DNA of 64,000 bases from Candidatus Cloacimonadales bacterium (GTDB lineage: Bacteria > Cloacimonadota > Cloacimonadia > Cloacimonadales > JAFGVF01). A program made the position numbers and the translations under genes. The stretch lies in NCBI GenBank assembly GCA_963663475.2, contig CAXXJV010000001.1, positions 1,248,001 through 1,312,000 of the forward strand. The letters are read 5' to 3'. This document shows positions 9,810 through 20,062 of the stretch, one piece after another (within the stretch, counting starts at the first letter, position 1; each line of letters starts with the position of its first letter). Below the pieces are notes generated by a model. That model saw only the letters and a program-made list of their open reading frames with translations. It did not search any database and was not told the DNA's origin.

Positions 9810-12800
9810 GTCTAAAACCTGAATCCATTAAACCAAGGATTGAAACGCAAACAGGCATGCCTATCAAAGAAGGTTTTATTGGGTCTAAAACCTGAATCCA
9901 TTAAACCAAGGATTGAAACGACTGTAGAACTGTAGAAAGTGCAGTGTTAGAAGATGTCTAAAACCTGAATCCATTAAACCAAGGATTGAAACAGAAGTAT
10001 CTTTTTATTTTGGATCTTCTCAAGAGTCTGTCTAAAACCTGAATCCATTAAACCAAGGATTGAAACAACCCCTCTACACCAACCCCGATATGGTCTCTGA
10101 GGTCTAAAACCTGAATCCATTAAACCAAGGATTGAAACCGATGTATTAGATTCTTGGGGCTTTGGTAGATCATGTCTAAAACCTGAATCCATTAAACCAA
10201 GGATTGAAACATTCCTGTCTATCTGTTACATTTACCTTTGCTATTGCGTCTAAAACCTGAATCCATTAAACCAAGGATTGAAACTGTAACAGAACAAAAT
10301 ATACATATATCAGTATATGGTGTCTAAAACCTGAATCCATTAAACCAAGGATTGAAACTTACTCAGCAGGTTGAGTATCTGTCTGAAGATATGAGTGTCT
10401 AAAACCTGAATCCATTAAACCAAGGATTGAAACATCTTGACTTGATAGAAAGAATAAAGGAGTCATAAAAGTCTAAAACCTGAATCCATTAAACCAAGGA
10501 TTGAAACATTATCCTAAAGAAATTTATATTGTTAAGTCTGACGGGTCTAAAACCTGAATCCATTAAACCAAGGATTGAAACTTACTCAACAGGTTGAGTA
10601 TTTATCCGAAGATATGAGTCTAAAACCTGAATCCATTAAACCAAGGATTGAAACGTATTATGTTGCTGAAGGAAAATCAATTAATCAGATGTCTAAAACC
10701 TGAATCCATTAAACCAAGGATTGAAACTCAGAAAGGGCAAGCAAATCAGCCTGGCTTACCTTGTCTAAAACCTGAATCCATTAAACCAAGGATTGAAACC
10801 ATTAGTTGCACCATCTTTAACACCATACTTCCATTGGTCTAAAACCTGAATCCATTAAACCAAGGATTGAAACCACCTAAAAGATTGAATACTTGATTCA
10901 TATTTTCTCGTCTAAAACCTGAATCCATTAAACCAAGGATTGAAACTTGAGGGTGTAATTAAAAACACAAACAATCTCTTAGGTCTAAAACCTGAATCCA
11001 TTAAACCAAGGATTGAAACAATTCTATTTGCTCGCCTGTTGATTCTTCTATTTCTGTCTAAAACCTGAATCCATTAAACCAAGGATTGAAACTCAGAAGA
11101 CTTACCATCTGTCTGAACATCTAGAAGCTGTCTAAAACCTGAATCCATTAAACCAAGGATTGAAACTTCTACTAGATCCATTAGTTCTTTGTATTCAATA
11201 ATGTCTAAAACCTGAATCCATTAAACCAAGGATTGAAACCTTGAGACTCAACAATAGCAATCGCCAACAGTAGGTCTAAAACCTGAATCCATTAAACCAA
11301 GGATTGAAACTACTCTAGAATTGATGTTTTTTCTATCTCTACATCTGTCTAAAACCTGAATCCATTAAACCAAGGATTGAAACCCGATTAGAATATTAAA
11401 ATATGAATATATTGAGCAAGTCTAAAACCTGAATCCATTAAACCAAGGATTGAAACTGTTACACCAGGCTTGATGAATAGTGTTGTGTCTTTGTCTAAAA
11501 CCTGAATCCATTAAACCAAGGATTGAAACATAGAAATATTAGCTTTGCTCTTGTATAGAGTCTGAGTCTAAAACCTGAATCCATTAAACCAAGGATTGAA
11601 ACCTCTAAACTGAACTCAGAAAGTTGATTAGGAGAGAGTCTAAAACCTGAATCCATTAAACCAAGGATTGAAACTGGATTTCAACATCTCAATTGTAGAT
11701 GCAAAATTAGTCTAAAACCTGAATCCATTAAACCAAGGATTGAAACATAGGCAAAAAGAGAGCAGACCAAATAAAAGGAGATGTCTAAAACCTGAATCCA
11801 TTAAACCAAGGATTGAAACCCACACTACTATAGGGGTTGTTTTACTGGAAATAAGTCTAAAACCTGAATCCATTAAACCAAGGATTGAAACTCCATTGGG
11901 TCTCAGGTAATATAGCTTATACTACTGTCTAAAACCTGAATCCATTAAACCAAGGATTGAAACGGAGCTCAAGAAACATTATGCTGAAGGTTCTGCAGGT
12001 CTAAAACCTGAATCCATTAAACCAAGGATTGAAACTAATAAGCTGATAGCATTGCAGCTGCTGTTGGAACGGTCTAAAACCTGAATCCATTAAACCAAGG
12101 ATTGAAACTCAGAAAGAGTGTTAAGTGCTGTTTGGCTTGCTTTAGTCTAAAACCTGAATCCATTAAACCAAGGATTGAAACCTGGTATAGTAGATAGGGT
12201 ATTAGATATCAAGAATGTCTAAAACCTGAATCCATTAAACCAAGGATTGAAACATAGATCAATTCGAGTCTAAAATCGAATATAAACCTGTCTAAAACCT
12301 GAATCCATTAAACCAAGGATTGAAACGGCTGAAATATTCTAGACGTATAAAATTCATTATCAGTCTAAAACCTGAATCCATTAAACCAAGGATTGAAACG
12401 AAATTGCAATAGCTCCAAAACCTGAAGTAGTGATAGTCTAAAACCTGAATCCATTAAACCAAGGATTGAAACAAATATCTAATTTGTCCCCAAGTGCGAA
12501 CGCCAAAATGTCTAAAACCTGAATCCATTAAACCAAGGATTGAAACTTATATCTATCTATAAATAACTGAGCATGTCCTAAGTCTAAAACCTGAATCCAT
12601 TAAACCAAGGATTGAAACTTAATAGTAGTAATATCAGAAGCATCTGCTTTTCCGTCTAAAACCTGAATCCATTAAACCAAGGATTGAAACCTGGGTTAAG
12701 CTTTAACACCAACGGCACATTAACTGTCTAAAACCTGAATCCATTAAACCAAGGATTGAAACAGCTCAGGCTGATAAGAAAAAAGCTACTCAAGAGTGGT

Positions 12801-15800
12801 CTAAAACCTGAATCCATTAAACCAAGGATTGAAACTGAGCTTTCTTATGCTTGGGCAAAACAACTTACTGAAGTCTAAAACCTGAATCCATTAAACCAAG
12901 GATTGAAACCCGTCATACTCTTTAAGCGAGAAAACCCCATTAATTACGTCTAAAACCTGAATCCATTAAACCAAGGATTGAAACAGGTACTATGGCCTGG
13001 GCTGAGCTTAGAAAAATCAGTCTAAAACCTGAATCCATTAAACCAAGGATTGAAACGGTGGTGGCATTATGATCAATGCTGAAGGTAATGAGGTCTAAAA
13101 CCTGAATCCATTAAACCAAGGATTGAAACTTGCATCAGCCCAGCCATTTTGGCCAGCCACTGGTTTTGTCTAAAACCTGAATCCATTAAACCAAGGATTG
13201 AAACAGAGCTATGCAGGTGCTATATCCAATATGAAAGATGCGTCTAAAACCTGAATTCATTAAACCAAGGATTGAAACACAAAGAGGCAATATCTAAAAT
13301 AATTAAAGACTATTGTCTAAAACCTGAATCCATTAAACCAAGGATTGAAACATAGTTTCAGCAATGATATTTTCAGCTTTTTCGATGTCTAAAACCTGAA
13401 TCCATTAAACCAAGGATTGAAACTTGTTCACTTCCCAAGTAGAGAATGCAGGATAAGAGGTCTAAAACCTGAATCCATTAAACCAAGGATTGAAACATGT
13501 AAAGCAATAAAAATTTATGTAAATAAACACTGTCTAAAACCTGAATCCATTAAACCAAGGATTGAAACACTAACGGGGATTCATAACCCTGGTAAGTGAT
13601 TGAGTCTAAAACCTGAATCCATTAAACCAAGGATTGAAACCAGAGCATGATTTTAGAGACGCTTTTTTGAGGTCAGGTCTAAAACCTGAATCCATTAAAC
13701 CAAGGATTGAAACGGATAGGTATTATAATATTGCCTTAGAGAACTTTAAGTCTAAAACCTGAATCCATTAAACCAAGGATTGAAACCCACCAAAGACAGA
13801 AACAAAGTGGTGAGTGATACTGTCTAAAACCTGAATCCATTAAACCAAGGATTGAAACATGAGTACGTAAAGTATAAAAGACAAATAGACATTGGTCTAA
13901 AACCTGAATCCATTAAACCAAGGATTGAAACATAATATTTTGCATTGTTACTCCTTAAAGTGTACCGTCTAAAACCTGAATCCATTAAACCAAGGATTGA
14001 AACACGTAGCATTGAAAGAAGTGGTATCGTAAATTTTACGTCTAAAACCTGAATCCATTAAACCAAGGATTGAAACATAAACAGGTTAGAATAGAATCTC
14101 TTACCCCTCTTTTGTCTAAAACCTGAATCCATTAAACCAAGGATTGAAACTAGATATACACCTCGGCATCTTCCGCCTTGTTTTCAAGTCTAAAACCTGA
14201 ATCCATTAAACCAAGGATTGAAACTTGGCTTGCTCTAGGTTATTAATAGAATCTTCTTTGGTCTAAAACCTGAATCCATTAAACCAAGGATTGAAACAGA
14301 AAAAGGAGACTTCACCATCAAAGAAGGTTGTCGTGTCTAAAACCTGAATCCATTAAACCAAGGATTGAAACATAAACAGGTTAGAATAGAATCTCTTACC
14401 CCTCTTTTGTCTAAAACCTGAATCCATTAAACCAAGGATTGAAACTCATATCTTCATCATTTAACCATTGTTTGCTTTTGGTCTAAAACCTGAATCCATT
14501 AAACCAAGGATTGAAACCTTATGATGATACATAATCCATGGGCCATTGCAGGGGTCTAAAACCTGAATCCATTAAACCAAGGATTGAAACAGCTCAGGCT
14601 GATAAGAAAAAAGCTACTCAAGAGTGGTCTAAAACCTGAATCCATTAAACCAAGGATTGAAACTTAATAGTAGTAATCTCAGAAGCATCAGCCTTTCCTG
14701 TCTAAAACCTGAATCCATTAAACCAAGGATTGAAACTAAAGCTGTAGTTACTGACTACTTATATCAAGTATGTCTAAAACCTGAATCCATTAAACCAAGG
14801 ATTGAAACAGGTGTTTCTGCTGATAGAAATGCTTACCTAGAGCAAGTCTAAAACCTGAATCCATTAAACCAAGGATTGAAACGTTCTTCCCTCTAATCCT
14901 ATCTTAGTGGCTGTAAGTGTCTAAAACCTGAATCCATTAAACCAAGGATTGAAACTTGGTAGGTTCTCTGTGTTAACCCAAACTTTGAGAGGTCTAAAAC
15001 CTGAATCCATTAAACCAAGGATTGAAACCTGGCCTTACTTGGGTAGCTGACCATACTACCGAGTGTCTAAAACCTGAATCCATTAAACCAAGGATTGAAA
15101 CTACACCGAAGTTTTAACCAGACAGGTAATAGAAGAAGTCTAAAACCTGAATCCATTAAACCAAGGATTGAAACTGTACGATGATTTTAACAATATGTCG
15201 TTGTCTGAAAGTCTAAAACCTGAATCCATTAAACCAAGGATTGAAACATATAAGGCCCAAATCTTATATTTAGCCAATTCTGGTCTAAAACCTGAATCCA
15301 TTAAACCAAGGATTGAAACCTGGAACGGCTTAAAAGAAGATGAAAAACGTGGAGTAGTCTAAAACCTGAATCCATTAAACCAAGGATTGAAACTTCACAG
15401 GTATAGAAGATTTATCAAAACTTACACTTGTCTAAAACCTGAATCCATTAAACCAAGGATTGAAACTGTACGATGATTTTAACAATATGTCGTTGTCTGA
15501 AAGTCTAAAACCTGAATCCATTAAACCAAGGATTGAAACCTCTCTGAAAAGCAGGCACTCTTAAAATCTGTTGAAGTCTAAAACCTGAATCCATTAAACC
15601 AAGGATTGAAACTCTGCCAGATACAAGGGAAGGACAATCAGTTATAATGTCTAAAACCTGAATCCATTAAACCAAGGATTGAAACGCGTTAATCGAGAAG
15701 TGTATAAAGGGAGAGAACAAGTCTAAAACCTGAATCCATTAAACCAAGGATTGAAACACATGACCAAGGAAATGGCTATGGCAAACGCTCTTAGTCTAAA

Positions 15801-16194
15801 ACCTGAATCCATTAAACCAAGGATTGAAACTAAGGAGAAAACCCACTGTTAAGCCTATATGTTGTGTCTAAAACCTGAATCCATTAAACCAAGGATTGAA
15901 ACACTAAAAAAAATCATATTATTATTAATTATCAACTAGTCTAAAACCTGAATCCATTAAACCAAGGATTGAAACCAGATTAAAGGCAATAGAACTTTAT
16001 AGTATTGTTAAGTCTAAAACCTGAATCCATTAAACCAAGGATTGAAACGACTAGGAGGCCTAATGCAAAAATGTACTAAATCAGGTCTAAAACCTGAATC
16101 CATTAAACCAAGGATTGAAACCAGTTATATGATTATAAATAATAAAAAAATAATGCTGTCTAAAACCTGAATCCATTAAACCAAGGATTGAAAC
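9810..16194 (+). CRISPR. CRISPR array: 88 repeats GTCTAAAACCTGAATCCATTAAACCAAGGATTGAAAC, spacers about 34-38 bp
   Basis: Counted by eye. One repeat variant (C>T at 13257). A further 36-bp spacer (16195-16230) ends at a possible degenerate repeat GTCAAACGAACCAT. The ATTGAAAC 3' end supports + orientation. Confidence 0.99.
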
Positions 16195-16364
16195 TTGACT
16201 TTGATGGGATTGGGTGTTGTTTTCTAATGGGTCAAACGAACCATGCTTATTATTTGACATCCCTTTGGGATTTAAAAATTATTTATCACATTTCCCATTC
16301 TACTTTGGAGAGAGTCTAATATAATACCTACATGTTTGTATATGATGAGAATCAGGTATACATA

Positions 16365-17417
16365 TTTTTATTAAACCCTTACAGGGTTACACTTTTTGTG
16401 TACACCATAACCCAGGGTTGCAATCCCTTCAGGATTTTACCCTGGGCTAATCTATTAATCCCCTCTGGGGATAAAAGACCTATCCTTGGGGATTGATAGG
16501 ATTTCCAAATAATAATAACAGATGGGGTAAACCCCAATAATGCAGTAGACCTTTGTGAATAGCAGAATATTCTTCAGCAAACTAAGATCCATAATTTCTC
16601 CGAATATATAAATTATATTTGTCAAAATTCTGTAAGCTATTTTGCTAGAATAATCTGCACTTTTCACTTGTTATGCGTAGCTTTAGCGAAGTATTACTAA
16701 AGCTCTACTTTTTATTAAACCCTTACAGGGTTACACTTTTTGTGTACATCATAACCCAGGGTTGCAATCCCTTCAGGATTTTACCCTGGGCTAATCTATT
16801 AATCCCCTCTGGGGATAAAAGACCTATCCTTGGGGATTGATAGGATTTCCAAATAATAATAACAGATGGGGTAAACCCCAATAATGCAGTAGACCTTTGT
16901 GAATAGCAGAATATTCTTCAGCAAACTAAGATCCATAATTTCTGCGAATATATAAATTATATTTGTCAAAATTCTGTAAGCTATTTTGCTAGAATAATCT
17001 GCACTTTTCACTTGTGATGCGTAGCTTTAGCGAAGTATTACTAAAGCTCTACTTTTTATTAAACCCTTACAGGGTTACACTTTTTGTGTACATCATAACC
17101 CAGGGTTGCAATCCCTTCAGGATTTTACCCTGGGCTAATCTATTAATCCCCTCTGGGGATAAAAGACCTATCCTTGGGGATTGATAGGATTTCCAAATAA
17201 TAATAACAGATGGGGTAAACCCCAATAATGCAGAAGACCTTTGTGAATAGCAGAATATTCTTCAGCAAACTAAGATCCATAATTTCTCCGAATATATAAA
17301 TTATATTTGTCAAAATTCTGTAAGCTATTTTGCTAGAATAATCTGCACTATTCACCTGTGATGCGTAGCTTTTGTGAATAGAATTCTAGCCACAAAAACC
17401 TACTAGACTATTTGGAT
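16365..17417. repeat. Three tandem 344-bp units, each a REP arm plus an IS982-like MITE
   Basis: Units start at 16365, 16709 and 17053 and differ by a few SNPs. Confidence 0.95.
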
Positions 17418-17447
17418 TAAATTTTTACTTCTTGAAGTATGAACTAA

Positions 17448-19052
17448 TTATCTTAAATATTCTTTTGCTTTATTAATAATTTCTTGATCAGTGCCTAGCA
17501 ACTCAGCTATCATAAGTCCAGCTTGGGGAGTTTCTCTTTTACCAGTGATTTTTATAAGATTATACTTCATTTTTTTATGCAGTGCTTTTAGTCTATTATC
17601 TGGATTAATTTGATTTTGGTCTCTAATTTCCTTAAAGTCATCTTCAGTAATTCCAGGGATAGTAAAGTGGGCCACACCTTCAATTTCTAGAGGTGAATTA
17701 AAGTGAGTAGCACAGAAGGAGAAGTTATTTTTAGTATTTAGGCTTTCAAACATAGCTTTGGATAGGGCATTTCCTTCTTTAGGATTAGTACCTCTGGCAA
17801 ATTCATCTAAGATGAAGAGTCCTTTTCCCTGTCTTCCATAATAAGAGTTTATCCTAACCAATTCTTTACCAAAAGAGCTTAAATCGATAGATTTTTGATT
17901 AGCTTCATCCCCAGTAACTAGGATGTAATCGAAGAGAGGTATGATGCATTTATAAGCAGGAAGGGGGAAACCATGTTGAGCAAGATAGGAGAATTGTCCT
18001 AAAGTAGTAAGGGCTGTAGATTTACCAGCCATATTAGCACCAACAAGGATGTTCATTTTTTTATCTAAGATAAGGTCAATTTTTTGATATTTAATAGAGA
18101 CTCTTTTTAGGGCATCATAGACAGGGATATTTACAGCTTGGATAATTTGGACCTTATATTCTTGGGTTAAGCTAGGTAAACAACAGTCATACTTAAGTGC
18201 AAAAAGAGATTTTCCCAGCATATCATCAAAGATAGCTACAATTTCCAATGATTTAGTTAGATTTTCTTGATATTTTTCTAGCTGCTTGGAAAGTTGGGAA
18301 ATAACCTGATTACTGATTTCTTCTTGTTTAATAAAGAGGTTATTTAACTTATATTCATAATTCCTAACTGTCTCAGGATATTTTATATAATAGATTGTGT
18401 TAGCAAAGTTTTCTTCTTGAATACCAAAATAATCACTTTCCTCAATTTTAGTTTTTAAATCAACCTTCATATTAGAAACAATTATTTTTTCTTCTATTTT
18501 GCTTAGTTTTAGCTGATCCATTATCTTCTGTCTAAACAACTGCTGTTCAATTTTCTTTTTGCGGGAAAGAGAGGCAATTTCTTCTCTAATAGCTTGCAGG
18601 TCTGAGGAATAAGCAGAAGATATTTTGAAGGTTGGAACTTCTTGACCCTCAGGGTCTAAGATATTAAATACTCTCCTTAAGTGAGGAAAATCTTCTACTA
18701 ATTTAAAATTATCCTTAGCAAGTTGAAGTCTTAATCTTTCATAGAAATAACAAAATTGTTTAATCTCGAAAAGTTCATGAATTTGGATATCTTTTCCTAA
18801 ACGTTTAATGCTGTAAGAAATATCTTTAAGGTGAAGCAATTCATTTTTAAGCTTGTCTTGCAAAACTGTATTATCACCTACCTTTTCAATCACTTGGCCT
18901 AGTGATTGAAAGTAAGCAGTCAGCTTATCTTCTTGACCAGGGAGGCAGGGTTGGAGATTTTTCCTATACTTTCTTCCTAATTCTGAAAAAGTTTCAACTC
19001 TATCTAATATCTCTTTTAAATCAAGAGCTTCAAAAGACCATTTATCTAACAT
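17448..19052 (-). CDS. kamC: MutS-domain-V ATPase, probable lysine 5,6-aminomutase reactivase KamC-like
   Basis: GANMAGKS Walker A, LSSFGKE, LDEFARGTNPKEG, ATHF; no MutS mismatch-binding or Smr domain; N-terminus resembles KamC from memory. Confidence 0.65.
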   Translation of the reverse strand: MLDKWSFEALDLKEILDRVETFSELGRKYRKNLQPCLPGQEDKLTAYFQSLGQVIEKVGDNTVLQDKLKNELLHLKDISYSIKRLGKDIQIHELFEIKQFCYFYERLRLQLAKDNFKLVEDFPHLRRVFNILDPEGQEVPTFKISSAYSSDLQAIREEIASLSRKKKIEQQLFRQKIMDQLKLSKIEEKIIVSNMKVDLKTKIEESDYFGIQEENFANTIYYIKYPETVRNYEYKLNNLFIKQEEISNQVISQLSKQLEKYQENLTKSLEIVAIFDDMLGKSLFALKYDCCLPSLTQEYKVQIIQAVNIPVYDALKRVSIKYQKIDLILDKKMNILVGANMAGKSTALTTLGQFSYLAQHGFPLPAYKCIIPLFDYILVTGDEANQKSIDLSSFGKELVRINSYYGRQGKGLFILDEFARGTNPKEGNALSKAMFESLNTKNNFSFCATHFNSPLEIEGVAHFTIPGITEDDFKEIRDQNQINPDNRLKALHKKMKYNLIKITGKRETPQAGLMIAELLGTDQEIINKAKEYLR

Positions 19053-19229
19053 TTATACCTCGAATTTCCTCATTTCTTACATTCAATAATTAGCTGAAAT
19101 ACTGGCAAGCTTTTTTTAGGCTTTCTAGCAAGTAGACCAGACTTCCTCAACCCTAGGTAAGGGACTTCGGACGAACATAATATAAGAACTAGACAAAAAA
19201 GGAAAAATAAAAAAAATAAAAAAAATACC

Positions 19230-19253
19230 AACACTTGCTGGTTTTCATTCGTC
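19230..19253 (+). promoter_or_regulatory. Candidate ECF autoregulatory promoter AAC-N17-CGTC
   Basis: AAC 19230-19232 and CGTC 19250-19253, directly upstream of the ECF gene. Confidence 0.55.
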
Positions 19254-19276
19254 TTAGTTTATGAAAAGGAGATAAA

Positions 19277-19765
19277 ATGGATAAAATTGAAGAAATAATT
19301 AGTGAATACTCTGATTTGATAGCAGATTATGCTTTGTCAATTGCGCATGACAAAGATCTTGCAGATGATATTATGCAAGACTGTTATCTTAAGATTATCA
19401 ATAATAATCTTCTTTTAGCCCGTTTAACCCCTAATCAAATTAGAAGCTGGCTTTTCACTGTGATAAAAAACATTCTTATTGATAAGAAAAGAAAAAAAAG
19501 AATCGAAAACATACCCTTAGAAATAGCTACAAGCTATGAGGATAATCTTGTTCTGACTAGTCAGGTTGAGATCTTGCTAGATTATTTACCTGAAGATGAA
19601 AGAAACATAATTTATAATAAGTATTGGTTGGGGATGAATTCTCAAGAAATTGCAGGTGAAATGAACATGTCTGCCTCTACTGTAAGGTGGAAACTGCAAA
19701 AAGCTCTGAGTAGTCTAAGACAAAAGGTAGGTGACTCTTTATGGAAACAAGACTATTATCTTTAG
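19277..19765 (+). CDS. ECF RNA polymerase sigma factor
   Basis: ADDIMQDCYLK...RSWLFTVIKN..ID (region 2) and LPEDER...EIA..MNMSASTVRWKL (region 4). Confidence 0.92.
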   Translation: MDKIEEIISEYSDLIADYALSIAHDKDLADDIMQDCYLKIINNNLLLARLTPNQIRSWLFTVIKNILIDKKRKKRIENIPLEIATSYEDNLVLTSQVEILLDYLPEDERNIIYNKYWLGMNSQEIAGEMNMSASTVRWKLQKALSSLRQKVGDSLWKQDYYL

Positions 19766-19884
19766 GCGAGTGGATTATCATGCATTTGATACCATTCACA
19801 AGGACAGAAAACGCGGAAGAATTATCAGAAGATGACTTAGAAGAACTAGAAAAAATAAGAGAAGAAAACCATATTTGGAGATAA
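19741..19884 (+). CDS. Unannotated 47-aa acidic peptide
   Basis: METRLLSLGEWIIMHLIPFTRTENAEELSEDDLEELEKIREENHIWR; AGGTG upstream; overlaps the sigma 3' end. Confidence 0.55.
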   Translation: METRLLSLGEWIIMHLIPFTRTENAEELSEDDLEELEKIREENHIWR

Positions 19885-20047
19885 TCCCAAATAATGCATT
19901 AGATCTTTGCGAATAGCACTATCTTCTTTTGCAAAAGTAAGCTACATAATTTTCATGAATATATATATTATATGCTTTCAAATTCTGTAACTTATTTTGC
20001 TAAAAGAACCTAGCACTCTTCATCAAAGTTCAAATGCCTATTCGTGA
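19885..20047. mobile_element. IS982-like MITE (module B) with TAA flanks
   Basis: TCCCAAATAATGCATTAG...AATGCCTATTCGTGA; TAA on both sides; similar to 37985-38148. Confidence 0.8.
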
Positions 20048-20062
20048 TAAAGGAGAAGAAAA

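Noticed and set aside
13242-13278. Single variant repeat (C>T at 13257)
   Set aside because: One substitution that keeps a U-G pair in the stem; unremarkable
13569-13603. Spacer 52 resembles the REP arm (CATAACCCTG-TAAG)
   Set aside because: Only about 14 nt with a gap; not credible self-targeting. No full self-match was noticed by eye for any spacer
9974-15362. Short ORFs inside the CRISPR array (LKPESIKPRIET repeats)
   Set aside because: Translations of repeat-spacer units
857-16316. CRISPR-associated transposon (CAST)
   Set aside because: No tnsA/B/C or tniQ; Cas3 is intact; no TSD around the locus
16455-17355. Three near-identical 70-aa ORFs, plus the similar ORF at 41248-41439
   Set aside because: They are read-throughs of MITE B/REP DNA with non-ATG starts, and the frame is not kept in other copies
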